A model generated the notes under the pieces. That model was not told where the DNA came from. It made no database searches and saw nothing but the letters and a program-made list of their open reading frames with translations. From positions 1 through 54,515 of the forward strand of contig CAZKFF010000008.1 of the NCBI GenBank assembly GCA_964552045.1: DNA of 54,515 nucleotides, in the 5' to 3' direction. Made by a program: the position numbers and the translations under genes. The number at the start of each line of letters is the position of its first letter. Position 1 is the stretch's first letter. The stretch is from an uncultured Candidatus Saccharibacteria bacterium (GTDB lineage: Bacteria; Patescibacteriota; Minisyncoccia; Phycocordibacterales; UBA918). This document shows, piece by piece, positions 9,502-16,869 of the stretch.

Positions 9502-10536
9502 ATGACAGAAAATCTTGCCTTATACCGCAAATACCGTCCAACCTCATTTCAGGACGTTCGTGACCAGGAGCACATCGTATCGGTGCTCGAAGGAGCGATC
9601 AAGAAGAATACGATCCCGCACGCTATCCTTTTCTCGGGCTCCCGTGGGACCGGGAAGACCACGCTCGCGCGGCTGTTTGCCAAAGCCATTGGCGTCAGCG
9701 ATGTCGATATCTATGAGATAGATGCGGCGAGCAACCGTGGCATTGACGATGTGCGTGAGCTGAGCGAGGCGGTGTACACGCTTCCATATGAATCGGAACG
9801 GAAAGTGTACATTATCGACGAGGTCCATATGTTCACCAAGGAAGCGTTCAATGCGCTCCTGAAGACGCTCGAAGAACCGCCCGCGCATGTGGTCTTTATT
9901 TTGGCGACCACCGAAGAGGAAAAATTGCTTGATACGATCCTCTCACGCTGTCAGGTGTTCCGCATGCGTGCTCCCTCCCGCGCAGTGCTTGCACAGACTG
10001 TGACCGATGTCGCCAAGAAAGAAGGCTTTACGCTGTCGCCCGAAGCGGCTGACCTCATTGCGATAGCCGCCGATGGTTCGTTCCGCGATGCGCTCGGCGT
10101 CACACAAAAGGTCATTATGGCTTCGGGCGATGTGATCGGCAGCGCTGACGAGGTCGCTGCCATCATCGGAGCTCCGAAATCAGAAATGCTACGTATGTTA
10201 CTACAGGCGCTTCATGACAAGCATGCAGAACCAGCGCTTGAGGCTGTCGCCTGGGCGACAGCCTCGCACGCTGATATGAAGCTTTTCATGCGGCTCCTTC
10301 TTGAGCGTGTGCGGGCGGTTATGCTGCTGCGGAACATGCCGGGCAAGAAGGAAGATATCCTCGCTGCATTCAGTGAAGAGGATCGTACGGTACTCGCGCA
10401 GTTTGCGGAGAATGCGCAGTCTGCGCTCAATTCCAATCTGCTCCAGTTATTGCTTGAAGCTGCGCAGCAGACGGGGAAGACGGTTCTGTCGCAGCTTCCT
10501 CTGGAACTGGCGATCGTCGAGCACTGCAGAAAATAG
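9502..10536 (+). CDS. dnaX: DNA polymerase III subunit gamma/tau (short form)
   Basis: LYRKYRPTSFQDVRDQEH.., Walker A GSRGTGKTT, DEVHM, SRC motif. Confidence 0.9.
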   Translation: MTENLALYRKYRPTSFQDVRDQEHIVSVLEGAIKKNTIPHAILFSGSRGTGKTTLARLFAKAIGVSDVDIYEIDAASNRGIDDVRELSEAVYTLPYESERKVYIIDEVHMFTKEAFNALLKTLEEPPAHVVFILATTEEEKLLDTILSRCQVFRMRAPSRAVLAQTVTDVAKKEGFTLSPEAADLIAIAADGSFRDALGVTQKVIMASGDVIGSADEVAAIIGAPKSEMLRMLLQALHDKHAEPALEAVAWATASHADMKLFMRLLLERVRAVMLLRNMPGKKEDILAAFSEEDRTVLAQFAENAQSALNSNLLQLLLEAAQQTGKTVLSQLPLELAIVEHCRK

Positions 10537-10547
10537 TTAGATACAGT

Positions 10548-11183
10548 ATGAAACACGTGTATCTCACCCGGCATGGAGAAACGGTCGCCAACAGAAAATG
10601 GGTTCATCAGGGCCCCAGTGAGCCGCTGTCTGAGCTTGGACGCATGCAGGCGCAGAACGTCGCCCGATACTTCAAAGAGAAACCCATAGATATGCTTATG
10701 AGCAGCACATATCTGCGGGCGAGACAGACAGCTGAGATTGTGAGTGAGGAGCTGGCGCTTCCGTGCCTATTTGAAGACACCCTCAAGGAATTCCGCAGAC
10801 CCAACCATCTCTATGGCCGACGGCACTATTCGCCACAGTCTTTTCTGTACCTTGCGCGATTGTTCATCCACCAGGAGGATCCGCAGTGGGATGATGATGG
10901 CGCTGAGAATATGTTTACTGTGCGCAACCGGATACGGCAAGCGCGTGACATACTCGCGCAGGCGCAGGGAGAACATGTGATCGCGGTCTCGCATGCGATC
11001 TTCATGGATATGTTCATCGAGCTCGCCTGCAAAGAGAAGGATCTGACGCTTATGGAATACATCAGCGGGCTTATGGCATTCAAGAAGACGCCAAATACCG
11101 GTATTATTCACCTTTTCTTTGATGCGCAGGCACAGCCAGGGGTTTGTCCGTGGCAGCTGGTGGAATTCATTGACCCGCGGTAA
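10548..11183 (+). CDS. histidine phosphatase family protein (phosphoglycerate-mutase-like)
   Basis: VYLTRHGETVAN catalytic RHG motif and a later SH motif (VSHAIF). Confidence 0.8.
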   Translation: MKHVYLTRHGETVANRKWVHQGPSEPLSELGRMQAQNVARYFKEKPIDMLMSSTYLRARQTAEIVSEELALPCLFEDTLKEFRRPNHLYGRRHYSPQSFLYLARLFIHQEDPQWDDDGAENMFTVRNRIRQARDILAQAQGEHVIAVSHAIFMDMFIELACKEKDLTLMEYISGLMAFKKTPNTGIIHLFFDAQAQPGVCPWQLVEFIDPR

Positions 11184-11251
11184 GGGGAATTACTCTGCTT
11201 GATTTATCGTTGAAATTTGGCACTATAGTGCCACTGCGTGAGAGCGCATAT

Positions 11252-11322
11252 TGCCCGATCGTCTAATGGTAGGACTCTGGTTTCTGGCACCAGCTATCGA
11301 GGTTCGAATCCTTGTCGGGCAG
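11252..11322 (+). tRNA. tRNA-Gln (anticodon CUG)
   Basis: Hand-folded cloverleaf. Acceptor TGCCCGA/TCGGGCA, D arm GTCT-AATGGTA-GGAC, anticodon arm CTGGT-TTCTGGC-ACCAG, variable loop CTAT, T arm CGAGG-TTCGAAT-CCTTG, discriminator G. CCA is not encoded. Confidence 0.9.
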
Positions 11323-11475
11323 CAGCCATGTGAGACCGACCGAGACGCTGATTATAGAGGTTAGCAGTTCGCACCAGTCATGGGCACGAACTCGTCCAAG
11401 AAGTCAGCAGATCGGATCGTAATCTCCAGGTACTATTCCGAAATTGCATACCTGCTGAGAGCAGTATCCAGAAAA

Positions 11476-11500
11476 AACCACCCGAATGGGTGGTTTTTCT
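11476..11500 (+). terminator. intrinsic terminator
   Basis: ACCACCC-GAAT-GGGTGGT followed by TTTTTCT. It ends a ~150-nt non-coding stretch downstream of tRNA-Gln. Confidence 0.75.
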
Positions 11501-11516
11501 TTGCCTCAAAATTCGG

Positions 11517-11522
11517 TATAAT
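11517..11522 (+). promoter_or_regulatory. putative -10 box TATAAT 6 nt upstream of the ATG at 11529
   Basis: GGTATAATTTGGTCATG with no SD. Confidence 0.4.
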
Positions 11523-11528
11523 TTGGTC

Positions 11529-11957
11529 ATGAGAGTAACGAGACTCATTTCAAGATACTTCCTTCTTCTTGCCGTTTTCGCGTTCTTTTTCCTTGGCTTC
11601 CTTGGGCTCTCTCATACGAGTATGGCGATGGGGCAGGACGGGCAGATGAACTCGGGCAATTGCTTTATGCCTGGCATGACAGAAGCGCTCTGCCAGATGA
11701 ACCCACTTGAACACATCGCTTCATGGCAGAGCATGTTCACTGCAGTGCCGAGTCAGAGTGACATCATTTTGCTTCTTCTTGCCTTGCTCGCATTGGCACT
11801 TGGTGCACTCTTTTTGGCGCATCGCAGTTCTGCACCTCCGAGAGCGGTACCCGTATTGCAGCAAAAACTATCTTTATATTTCAAACAAAGGATTCCGATC
11901 GTACTCCCGCTTCAAGAAGCATTTTCTAACGGCATTCTAAACCCAAAGATTTTCTAA
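11529..11957 (+). CDS. small 2-TM protein with Met/Cys/His-rich loop and C-terminal GILNPKIF motif (unnamed family; paralog at 43562..43945)
   Basis: ATG at 11529 in ORF 11490..11957. TMs YFLLLAVFAFFFLGFLGL and IILLLLALLALALGALFLA. Loop NCFMPGMTEALCQMNPLEH. The C-terminus ..AFSNGILNPKIF matches ..LFTAGILNPKLF of the paralog. Confidence 0.65.
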   Translation: MRVTRLISRYFLLLAVFAFFFLGFLGLSHTSMAMGQDGQMNSGNCFMPGMTEALCQMNPLEHIASWQSMFTAVPSQSDIILLLLALLALALGALFLAHRSSAPPRAVPVLQQKLSLYFKQRIPIVLPLQEAFSNGILNPKIF

Positions 11958-12030
11958 ATACCGTTGCTCTCGTTCGCAAAAAATCGAGCGGTTTTTGCTA
12001 TTTATCAATTCTTAACTATATGCATCAATT

Positions 12031-12759
12031 ATGGAAGAACCATCAAAATCAAATCAATTATCAATCCCCATAGCTATTGTAATCGCCGGAGCATTGATCG
12101 CCGGCGCGGTCTATCTCGGCACATCAAAAGGCACAGAAACAGTTGCAGGAAACAATCAGCAACCCCAGCAGGTAGCACAGCAAACGGGCAGTCTTGATGA
12201 AATGAGAGCAATCTCAAAAGACGACCATGTTCGCGGCAATCCCGACGCTCCGGTCAAGATCGTCGAGTACTCGGATCCGGAATGTCCGTTCTGCAAACGA
12301 TTCCACGACACCATGAAGCAGGTCATGGACGAGTACGGTAAGGACGGAAAGGTTGCATGGGTCTACCGCAATTTTCCGCTCGACCAGCTCCACCAAAAAG
12401 CCCGCAACGAAGCGACAGCCATTGAATGCGCTGGCGATCTTGGGGGTAACGACAAGTTCTGGGCATATGCTGACCGGCTCTATGAAATAACTCCATCGAA
12501 TGACGGTCTTGACCCAGCAGAGCTTCCTAAGATTGCACAGTATGTAGGTCTTGATGTAAGCAAGTTCAACACTTGTCTCACCAGTGGTAAATTTACCAAG
12601 CATATCGAGGATGATGTACAAAATGCCATCGCTACCGGGGGCAATGGAACGCCGTGGAGTATTGTCGTTGCGGTCAATGGTAAAAAGTATCCGCTCTCCG
12701 GCGCACAGCCGTATGCATCGGTAAAACAGCTCATTGATCTGGCACTCTCGGAGAAATAA
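12031..12759 (+). CDS. DsbA-family thiol:disulfide oxidoreductase (membrane-anchored)
   Basis: N-terminal TM. Thioredoxin-fold active site YSDPECPFCKRFH. Confidence 0.85.
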   Translation: MEEPSKSNQLSIPIAIVIAGALIAGAVYLGTSKGTETVAGNNQQPQQVAQQTGSLDEMRAISKDDHVRGNPDAPVKIVEYSDPECPFCKRFHDTMKQVMDEYGKDGKVAWVYRNFPLDQLHQKARNEATAIECAGDLGGNDKFWAYADRLYEITPSNDGLDPAELPKIAQYVGLDVSKFNTCLTSGKFTKHIEDDVQNAIATGGNGTPWSIVVAVNGKKYPLSGAQPYASVKQLIDLALSEK

Positions 12760-12761
12760 CT

Positions 12762-13304
12762 ATGGTCATTCAAGCTCTGCAAAAAGTATTCCGGAAACCG
12801 CAGTATATAATCCTCGCCCTTGTCGTGAGCGCGGCGGTTTTCGCCTTTGCGGTTTGGCTTCCGAATCTTTCGCTTATCGTGAAGATCATGGGTCACCCGG
12901 GAATAACGTTTTCGCAGAAGCTTGATCTGCCGCTTAGTCTCTTGGGATCAATTGTCACTAACTTCACTTTGCTTTCCGCTTCGTACACGATCGCCATCGC
13001 ACTACTCTTTGGAGTAAACCTCGCTATGGCGATCTACTTCCTGAACCGAAAAATAAGTGAAGTAAAACAGGGCGGAATAACTACAGGATTTTTGGGTATA
13101 GCAAGTGGCGTGCTTGGTATGGGATGCGCCGCATGCGGTTCGTTCCTGCTCACGAGCGGACTCTCGCTCATTGGCGCATCCGGCATTCTTGTGTTCCTAC
13201 CGCTTGCCGGTTCTGAATTCGGCATCCTTGGAGTAATCTTGCTTTCGGTCTCGATCTACCTCACCGCAAAGCAAATCCAAAATCCTGCGGTCTGTAAAAT
13301 TTAA
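12762..13304 (+). CDS. polytopic membrane protein with intramembrane CxxC (GMGCAACGS), unknown family
   Basis: 180 aa with about 5 hydrophobic segments. Starts 3 nt after the DsbA-like stop. Confidence 0.6.
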   Translation: MVIQALQKVFRKPQYIILALVVSAAVFAFAVWLPNLSLIVKIMGHPGITFSQKLDLPLSLLGSIVTNFTLLSASYTIAIALLFGVNLAMAIYFLNRKISEVKQGGITTGFLGIASGVLGMGCAACGSFLLTSGLSLIGASGILVFLPLAGSEFGILGVILLSVSIYLTAKQIQNPAVCKI

Positions 13305-13315
13305 CCACTAAAATC

Positions 13316-13891
13316 ATGAATAAAAACTTACAAGTCTCAATCCTCATTGCCGTACTCCTTGTTGGAGGAGCACTGTATCTTGGGACATCAAAAAAGAATG
13401 GGGGTCCGCCACTTGCGGCTAACACGGCTCTTGCGGCGAAATTCGACGAGTTAAGTAAAAACGGCAATTCATCCTGCTCTGGCGCATTCAAAGATTCGAT
13501 AGACACGATGCCGGATACGGCACGGTTGCAAGGATCGTGTTGCTCTCCGATGGACATGCACCGCTATGAGGAGCAAGTCACTGGCTTGAAGAAATACAGT
13601 AACATTCCGGAGATCCCGTCGGACCCGTATGACATTGATGCAAAGCTGGCAAAAGATCTCAAAGCGTACTACGACGTAGAGCTTACTCCAGAACAGCAAG
13701 AAGCATACGACTATGCGATGGCTAATTCTGATGAGAAAGGCCCCTGCTGTTGCAAGTGCTGGAGATGGTACGTATACGGAGGCTTGGGCAAATTATTAAT
13801 CCAAAAATATAGCTTCACCGGCGAGCAAGTAACTGAAATCTGGAATCTGTCCGATGGTTGCGGAGGTGCCGGTGATCACGTAAATCACTAA
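13316..13891 (+). CDS. Cys-rich secreted protein, PCYCGC-motif-family-like
   Basis: Signal/anchor VSILIAVLLVGGALYLG. Motifs GSCCSPMDMH, GPCCCKCWRW (compare the PCYCGC motif) and DGCGGAGDHVNH. The family assignment is from memory of the motif only. Confidence 0.55.
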   Translation: MNKNLQVSILIAVLLVGGALYLGTSKKNGGPPLAANTALAAKFDELSKNGNSSCSGAFKDSIDTMPDTARLQGSCCSPMDMHRYEEQVTGLKKYSNIPEIPSDPYDIDAKLAKDLKAYYDVELTPEQQEAYDYAMANSDEKGPCCCKCWRWYVYGGLGKLLIQKYSFTGEQVTEIWNLSDGCGGAGDHVNH

Positions 13892-13892
13892 T

Positions 13893-14423
13893 ATGGAAGA
13901 ACAGACACAATTAACTAAAAAAGAACGTAAAGAATTAAACCGACAGGAAAAAATAGGGACAAAGGAAGCGGAAATGAAATCGCGCCATGCAAAGAAAGTC
14001 ATTACCCGAGTCGGATGGGGTACATTCGGCGTTGCTGTTGTAGCAGGCTTAATATGGCTTGTAGCTTCAGCTCCTAAAACCCCAGAAGGCGACATTCTCT
14101 CTCGCAACGGCTTTCATTGGCATCCGGAGGTCACGATCTACGTCAAAGGAGAGAAGCAGGAAATACCGGCAAACATCGGTATTGGAGCGGTTCATCAGCC
14201 GATCCATACTCACGACGATAGCAATCAAGGAATTGTGCATATGGAATTTCAGGGTCTGGTGAGAAAAGAGAATGCTACGCTTGGCCAGTTTCTTAAAAGC
14301 TGGGGTAAGGACATCAATTCATTCGGCACGAACGTGAAGATGACCGTCAATGGAGAGGAAAATACTGAATTGGAAACTTACGTCATGCAGGATAAAGACA
14401 AGATTGAGTTGCGTTACGAGTAG
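13893..14423 (+). CDS. membrane-anchored protein with HWHP / IHTHD His motifs, unknown function
   Basis: TM GTFGVAVVAGLIWLVA. Motifs GFHWHPEVTIYVKG..IPANIGIG..IHTHDDSNQGIVHME..TLGQFLKSWG. Starts 2 nt after the previous stop. Confidence 0.6.
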   Translation: MEEQTQLTKKERKELNRQEKIGTKEAEMKSRHAKKVITRVGWGTFGVAVVAGLIWLVASAPKTPEGDILSRNGFHWHPEVTIYVKGEKQEIPANIGIGAVHQPIHTHDDSNQGIVHMEFQGLVRKENATLGQFLKSWGKDINSFGTNVKMTVNGEENTELETYVMQDKDKIELRYE

Positions 14424-14441
14424 AGAAATGAACATGCTTGC

Positions 14442-14468
14442 GCAGTATACCCCTAGGGGGTATACTGC
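14442..14468 (+). promoter_or_regulatory. CsoR-type operator: 12-bp inverted repeat around a C4/G5 core, overlapping a TATACT -10 box
   Basis: GCAGTATACCCC-TAG-GGGGTATACTGC. The TATACT at 14461-14466 is 8 nt upstream of the csoR ATG at 14475. Confidence 0.7.
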
Positions 14469-14474
14469 TTGTAT

Positions 14475-14747
14475 ATGCGAAAAGATATCAAGTCAAAAAC
14501 CCTCCGCCGCCTTAAGCTCGTCGAGGGTCAGATTCGGGGAATTCAGAAGATGATTGAGGATGAGAAATATTGTGTCGATATCATTACTCAGTCGAGTGCG
14601 GCTAAGGAAGCTCTTTCTAGTATTGAACACTTAATTCTTGAGAACCATCTATCGACTCATGTTCTTGATTACATTAAGCATGGCAAGGAAAAGAAAGCTA
14701 TTGAGGAAATTCTAAAGGTCTATAAATTAGCACAAAAGAAAAGGTAA
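14475..14747 (+). CDS. csoR: CsoR/RcnR-family metal-sensing transcriptional repressor
   Basis: LRRLKLVEGQIRGIQKMIEDEKYCVDIITQSSAAKEAL..ENHL. Carries the Cys and His ligand positions typical of the family. Confidence 0.9.
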   Translation: MRKDIKSKTLRRLKLVEGQIRGIQKMIEDEKYCVDIITQSSAAKEALSSIEHLILENHLSTHVLDYIKHGKEKKAIEEILKVYKLAQKKR

Positions 14748-14751
14748 CAAC

Positions 14752-16857
14752 ATGCACGACCAAATAATACAAAAGAATATGTACACTTGCCCCATGCATC
14801 CGGAGGTGATGCAGGGAAACCCCGGTATGTGTCCGGAATGCGGTATGCAGTTGGTGCCTACAAAGAATAAAAAATCAGTCGGGCACGAGGGTCATGACAA
14901 ACACGCAGGCCATTCAACCCAGATGTTTTTCCGCAAATTTTGGGTAAGCCTTATTTTGACTATTCCGGTCGTGCTCTACGCCAAGGTTGTGGAGACTATT
15001 TTCAAGTGGTCGCCTCCTGCTTTCCCCGGATCAGACTATCTCCCTCTGATTCTCGGATCAGTTGTCTTTTTCTATGGCGGTTGGGTATTTCTTGCCGGTG
15101 CATGGCGAGAGATCAAAGGACGACTGCCTGGCATGATGACTCTCATAGCCATTGCTATTTCTGCCGCCTATCTCTGGAGCCTGTATGCGGTGTTTGCAGG
15201 AGCCGAGGCTCTGTTTTGGGAGCTTACAACTTTGATCACCATCATGCTTCTTGGACACTGGCTCGAAATGCGAGCAGTTTCCGGGGCACAGGGTGCGCTC
15301 AAGGAACTTTCAAAATTGCTCCCCGATACCGCGGAAGTAATCCGCAACGGAGTAACAATGACTATTCCGCTTTCCGAGCTTCGAGAGAACGATGTTGTAT
15401 TAGTAAAACCCGGAACGAAGATTCCGGCCGACGGATCAATTATTGACGGAGATTCTGACGTGAATGAATCAATGGTCACCGGAGAGTCCAAGCCGGTCTC
15501 CAAAAAACAGGGTGATGCGGTCATCGCAGGTACGATTAACGGCGACGGTGCGCTGAAAATTAAGGTTGCACAAATCGGCGAGAAGACATTTCTTGCCGGC
15601 GTTATGCGCTTGGTCGCCGAGGCGCAGGCTTCCAAATCGCGCCTGCAGATTCTTTCTGATCGGGCGGCTCTTTATCTCACCGTAGTCGCAGTCGGCGGAG
15701 GTATTATCACGCTCGTTGCCTGGCTTCTAGCCGGAGCCGATGTCGGTTTTGCGGTGGCTCGGCTCGTGGCCGTGCTCGTCATCGCCTGTCCGCATGCGCT
15801 TGGTTTGGCAGTCCCTCTTGTTGCATCAATCTCCACGACCAAAGCGGCACAGAATGGCTTTTTAGTAAAACAGCGTCTTTCTCTTGAAGCCGCTCGAACT
15901 GTTGATACGGTGCTTTTTGATAAAACAGGAACACTCACAAAGGGAGAGTTTGGAGTTGTAGAAGTATGGAGTGTCGCAGATCATTCTAAAGACGAGGTCG
16001 TAGAATTGGCCGCTTCCCTCGACGCCTTGTCGGAACATCCGATTGCTCGTGCTGTTGTAGCAAAAGCAAAAGAGCAAGGACTTGCTCTTAAAGACCCTAA
16101 GAAATTTGAAGCGATCAAGGGCAAGGGCGTCAAAGCAATGATCGATGAACAGGAAATAATGATCGGCGGACCGGCACTTCTTGAAGGTCTCAATATTTCT
16201 ATTCCCAGCGAATTATCCAAGCCAGTACAGGATGCAGGGAGAAAAGGCCAAACTATCATTTTTACTATCAGAGACAAAAAACTTCTGGGAGCAATCGCCC
16301 TTGCAGATATTATTCGAGAAGAATCACGTGAAGCTATTAAGTCACTCAAAGAAATGGGCGTGAAGTCGGCTATGATCACTGGTGATTCTGAAGATGTGGC
16401 CAAATGGGTTGCTTCCGAGCTTGGCATTGATGAGTATTTTGCCCGGGTACTTCCGCATCAAAAATCTGAAAAGGTAAAAGCATTGCAAGGCAGAGGTTTA
16501 AAGGTCGCTATGGTCGGCGATGGCATCAACGACGCCCCAGCCCTTACTCAAGCTGATCTCGGTATTGCCATCGGTGCAGGTACAAACGTCGCTATTGAAT
16601 CGGCCGGAATTATTCTTGTTCGCAACGATCCACGGGATATCGTAAAAATCGTCAGATTATCACAGATGACTTACACGAAGATGATCCAAAACCTCTTCTG
16701 GGCAACCGGCTACAACATTGTCGCACTACCACTTGCCGCCGGTGCACTTGCTTTCAAGGGTATTATTCTTGATCCAGCTATCGCCGCTGTGTTCATGTCA
16801 GCAAGTACGGTAATTGTGGCATTTAATGCTGTGCTTTTGAAAAGACGTAAATTATAA
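14752..16857 (+). CDS. copB: P1B-type copper-transporting ATPase, CPH (CopB-like) subtype
   Basis: N-terminal CPMHPE..CPECGM metal-binding module, His-rich SVGHEGHDKHAGHS, TM6 ACPHALGLAVP, DKTGTLT, GDGINDAP. Confidence 0.9.
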   Translation: MHDQIIQKNMYTCPMHPEVMQGNPGMCPECGMQLVPTKNKKSVGHEGHDKHAGHSTQMFFRKFWVSLILTIPVVLYAKVVETIFKWSPPAFPGSDYLPLILGSVVFFYGGWVFLAGAWREIKGRLPGMMTLIAIAISAAYLWSLYAVFAGAEALFWELTTLITIMLLGHWLEMRAVSGAQGALKELSKLLPDTAEVIRNGVTMTIPLSELRENDVVLVKPGTKIPADGSIIDGDSDVNESMVTGESKPVSKKQGDAVIAGTINGDGALKIKVAQIGEKTFLAGVMRLVAEAQASKSRLQILSDRAALYLTVVAVGGGIITLVAWLLAGADVGFAVARLVAVLVIACPHALGLAVPLVASISTTKAAQNGFLVKQRLSLEAARTVDTVLFDKTGTLTKGEFGVVEVWSVADHSKDEVVELAASLDALSEHPIARAVVAKAKEQGLALKDPKKFEAIKGKGVKAMIDEQEIMIGGPALLEGLNISIPSELSKPVQDAGRKGQTIIFTIRDKKLLGAIALADIIREESREAIKSLKEMGVKSAMITGDSEDVAKWVASELGIDEYFARVLPHQKSEKVKALQGRGLKVAMVGDGINDAPALTQADLGIAIGAGTNVAIESAGIILVRNDPRDIVKIVRLSQMTYTKMIQNLFWATGYNIVALPLAAGALAFKGIILDPAIAAVFMSASTVIVAFNAVLLKRRKL

Positions 16858-16869
16858 TTAACAAACTTT

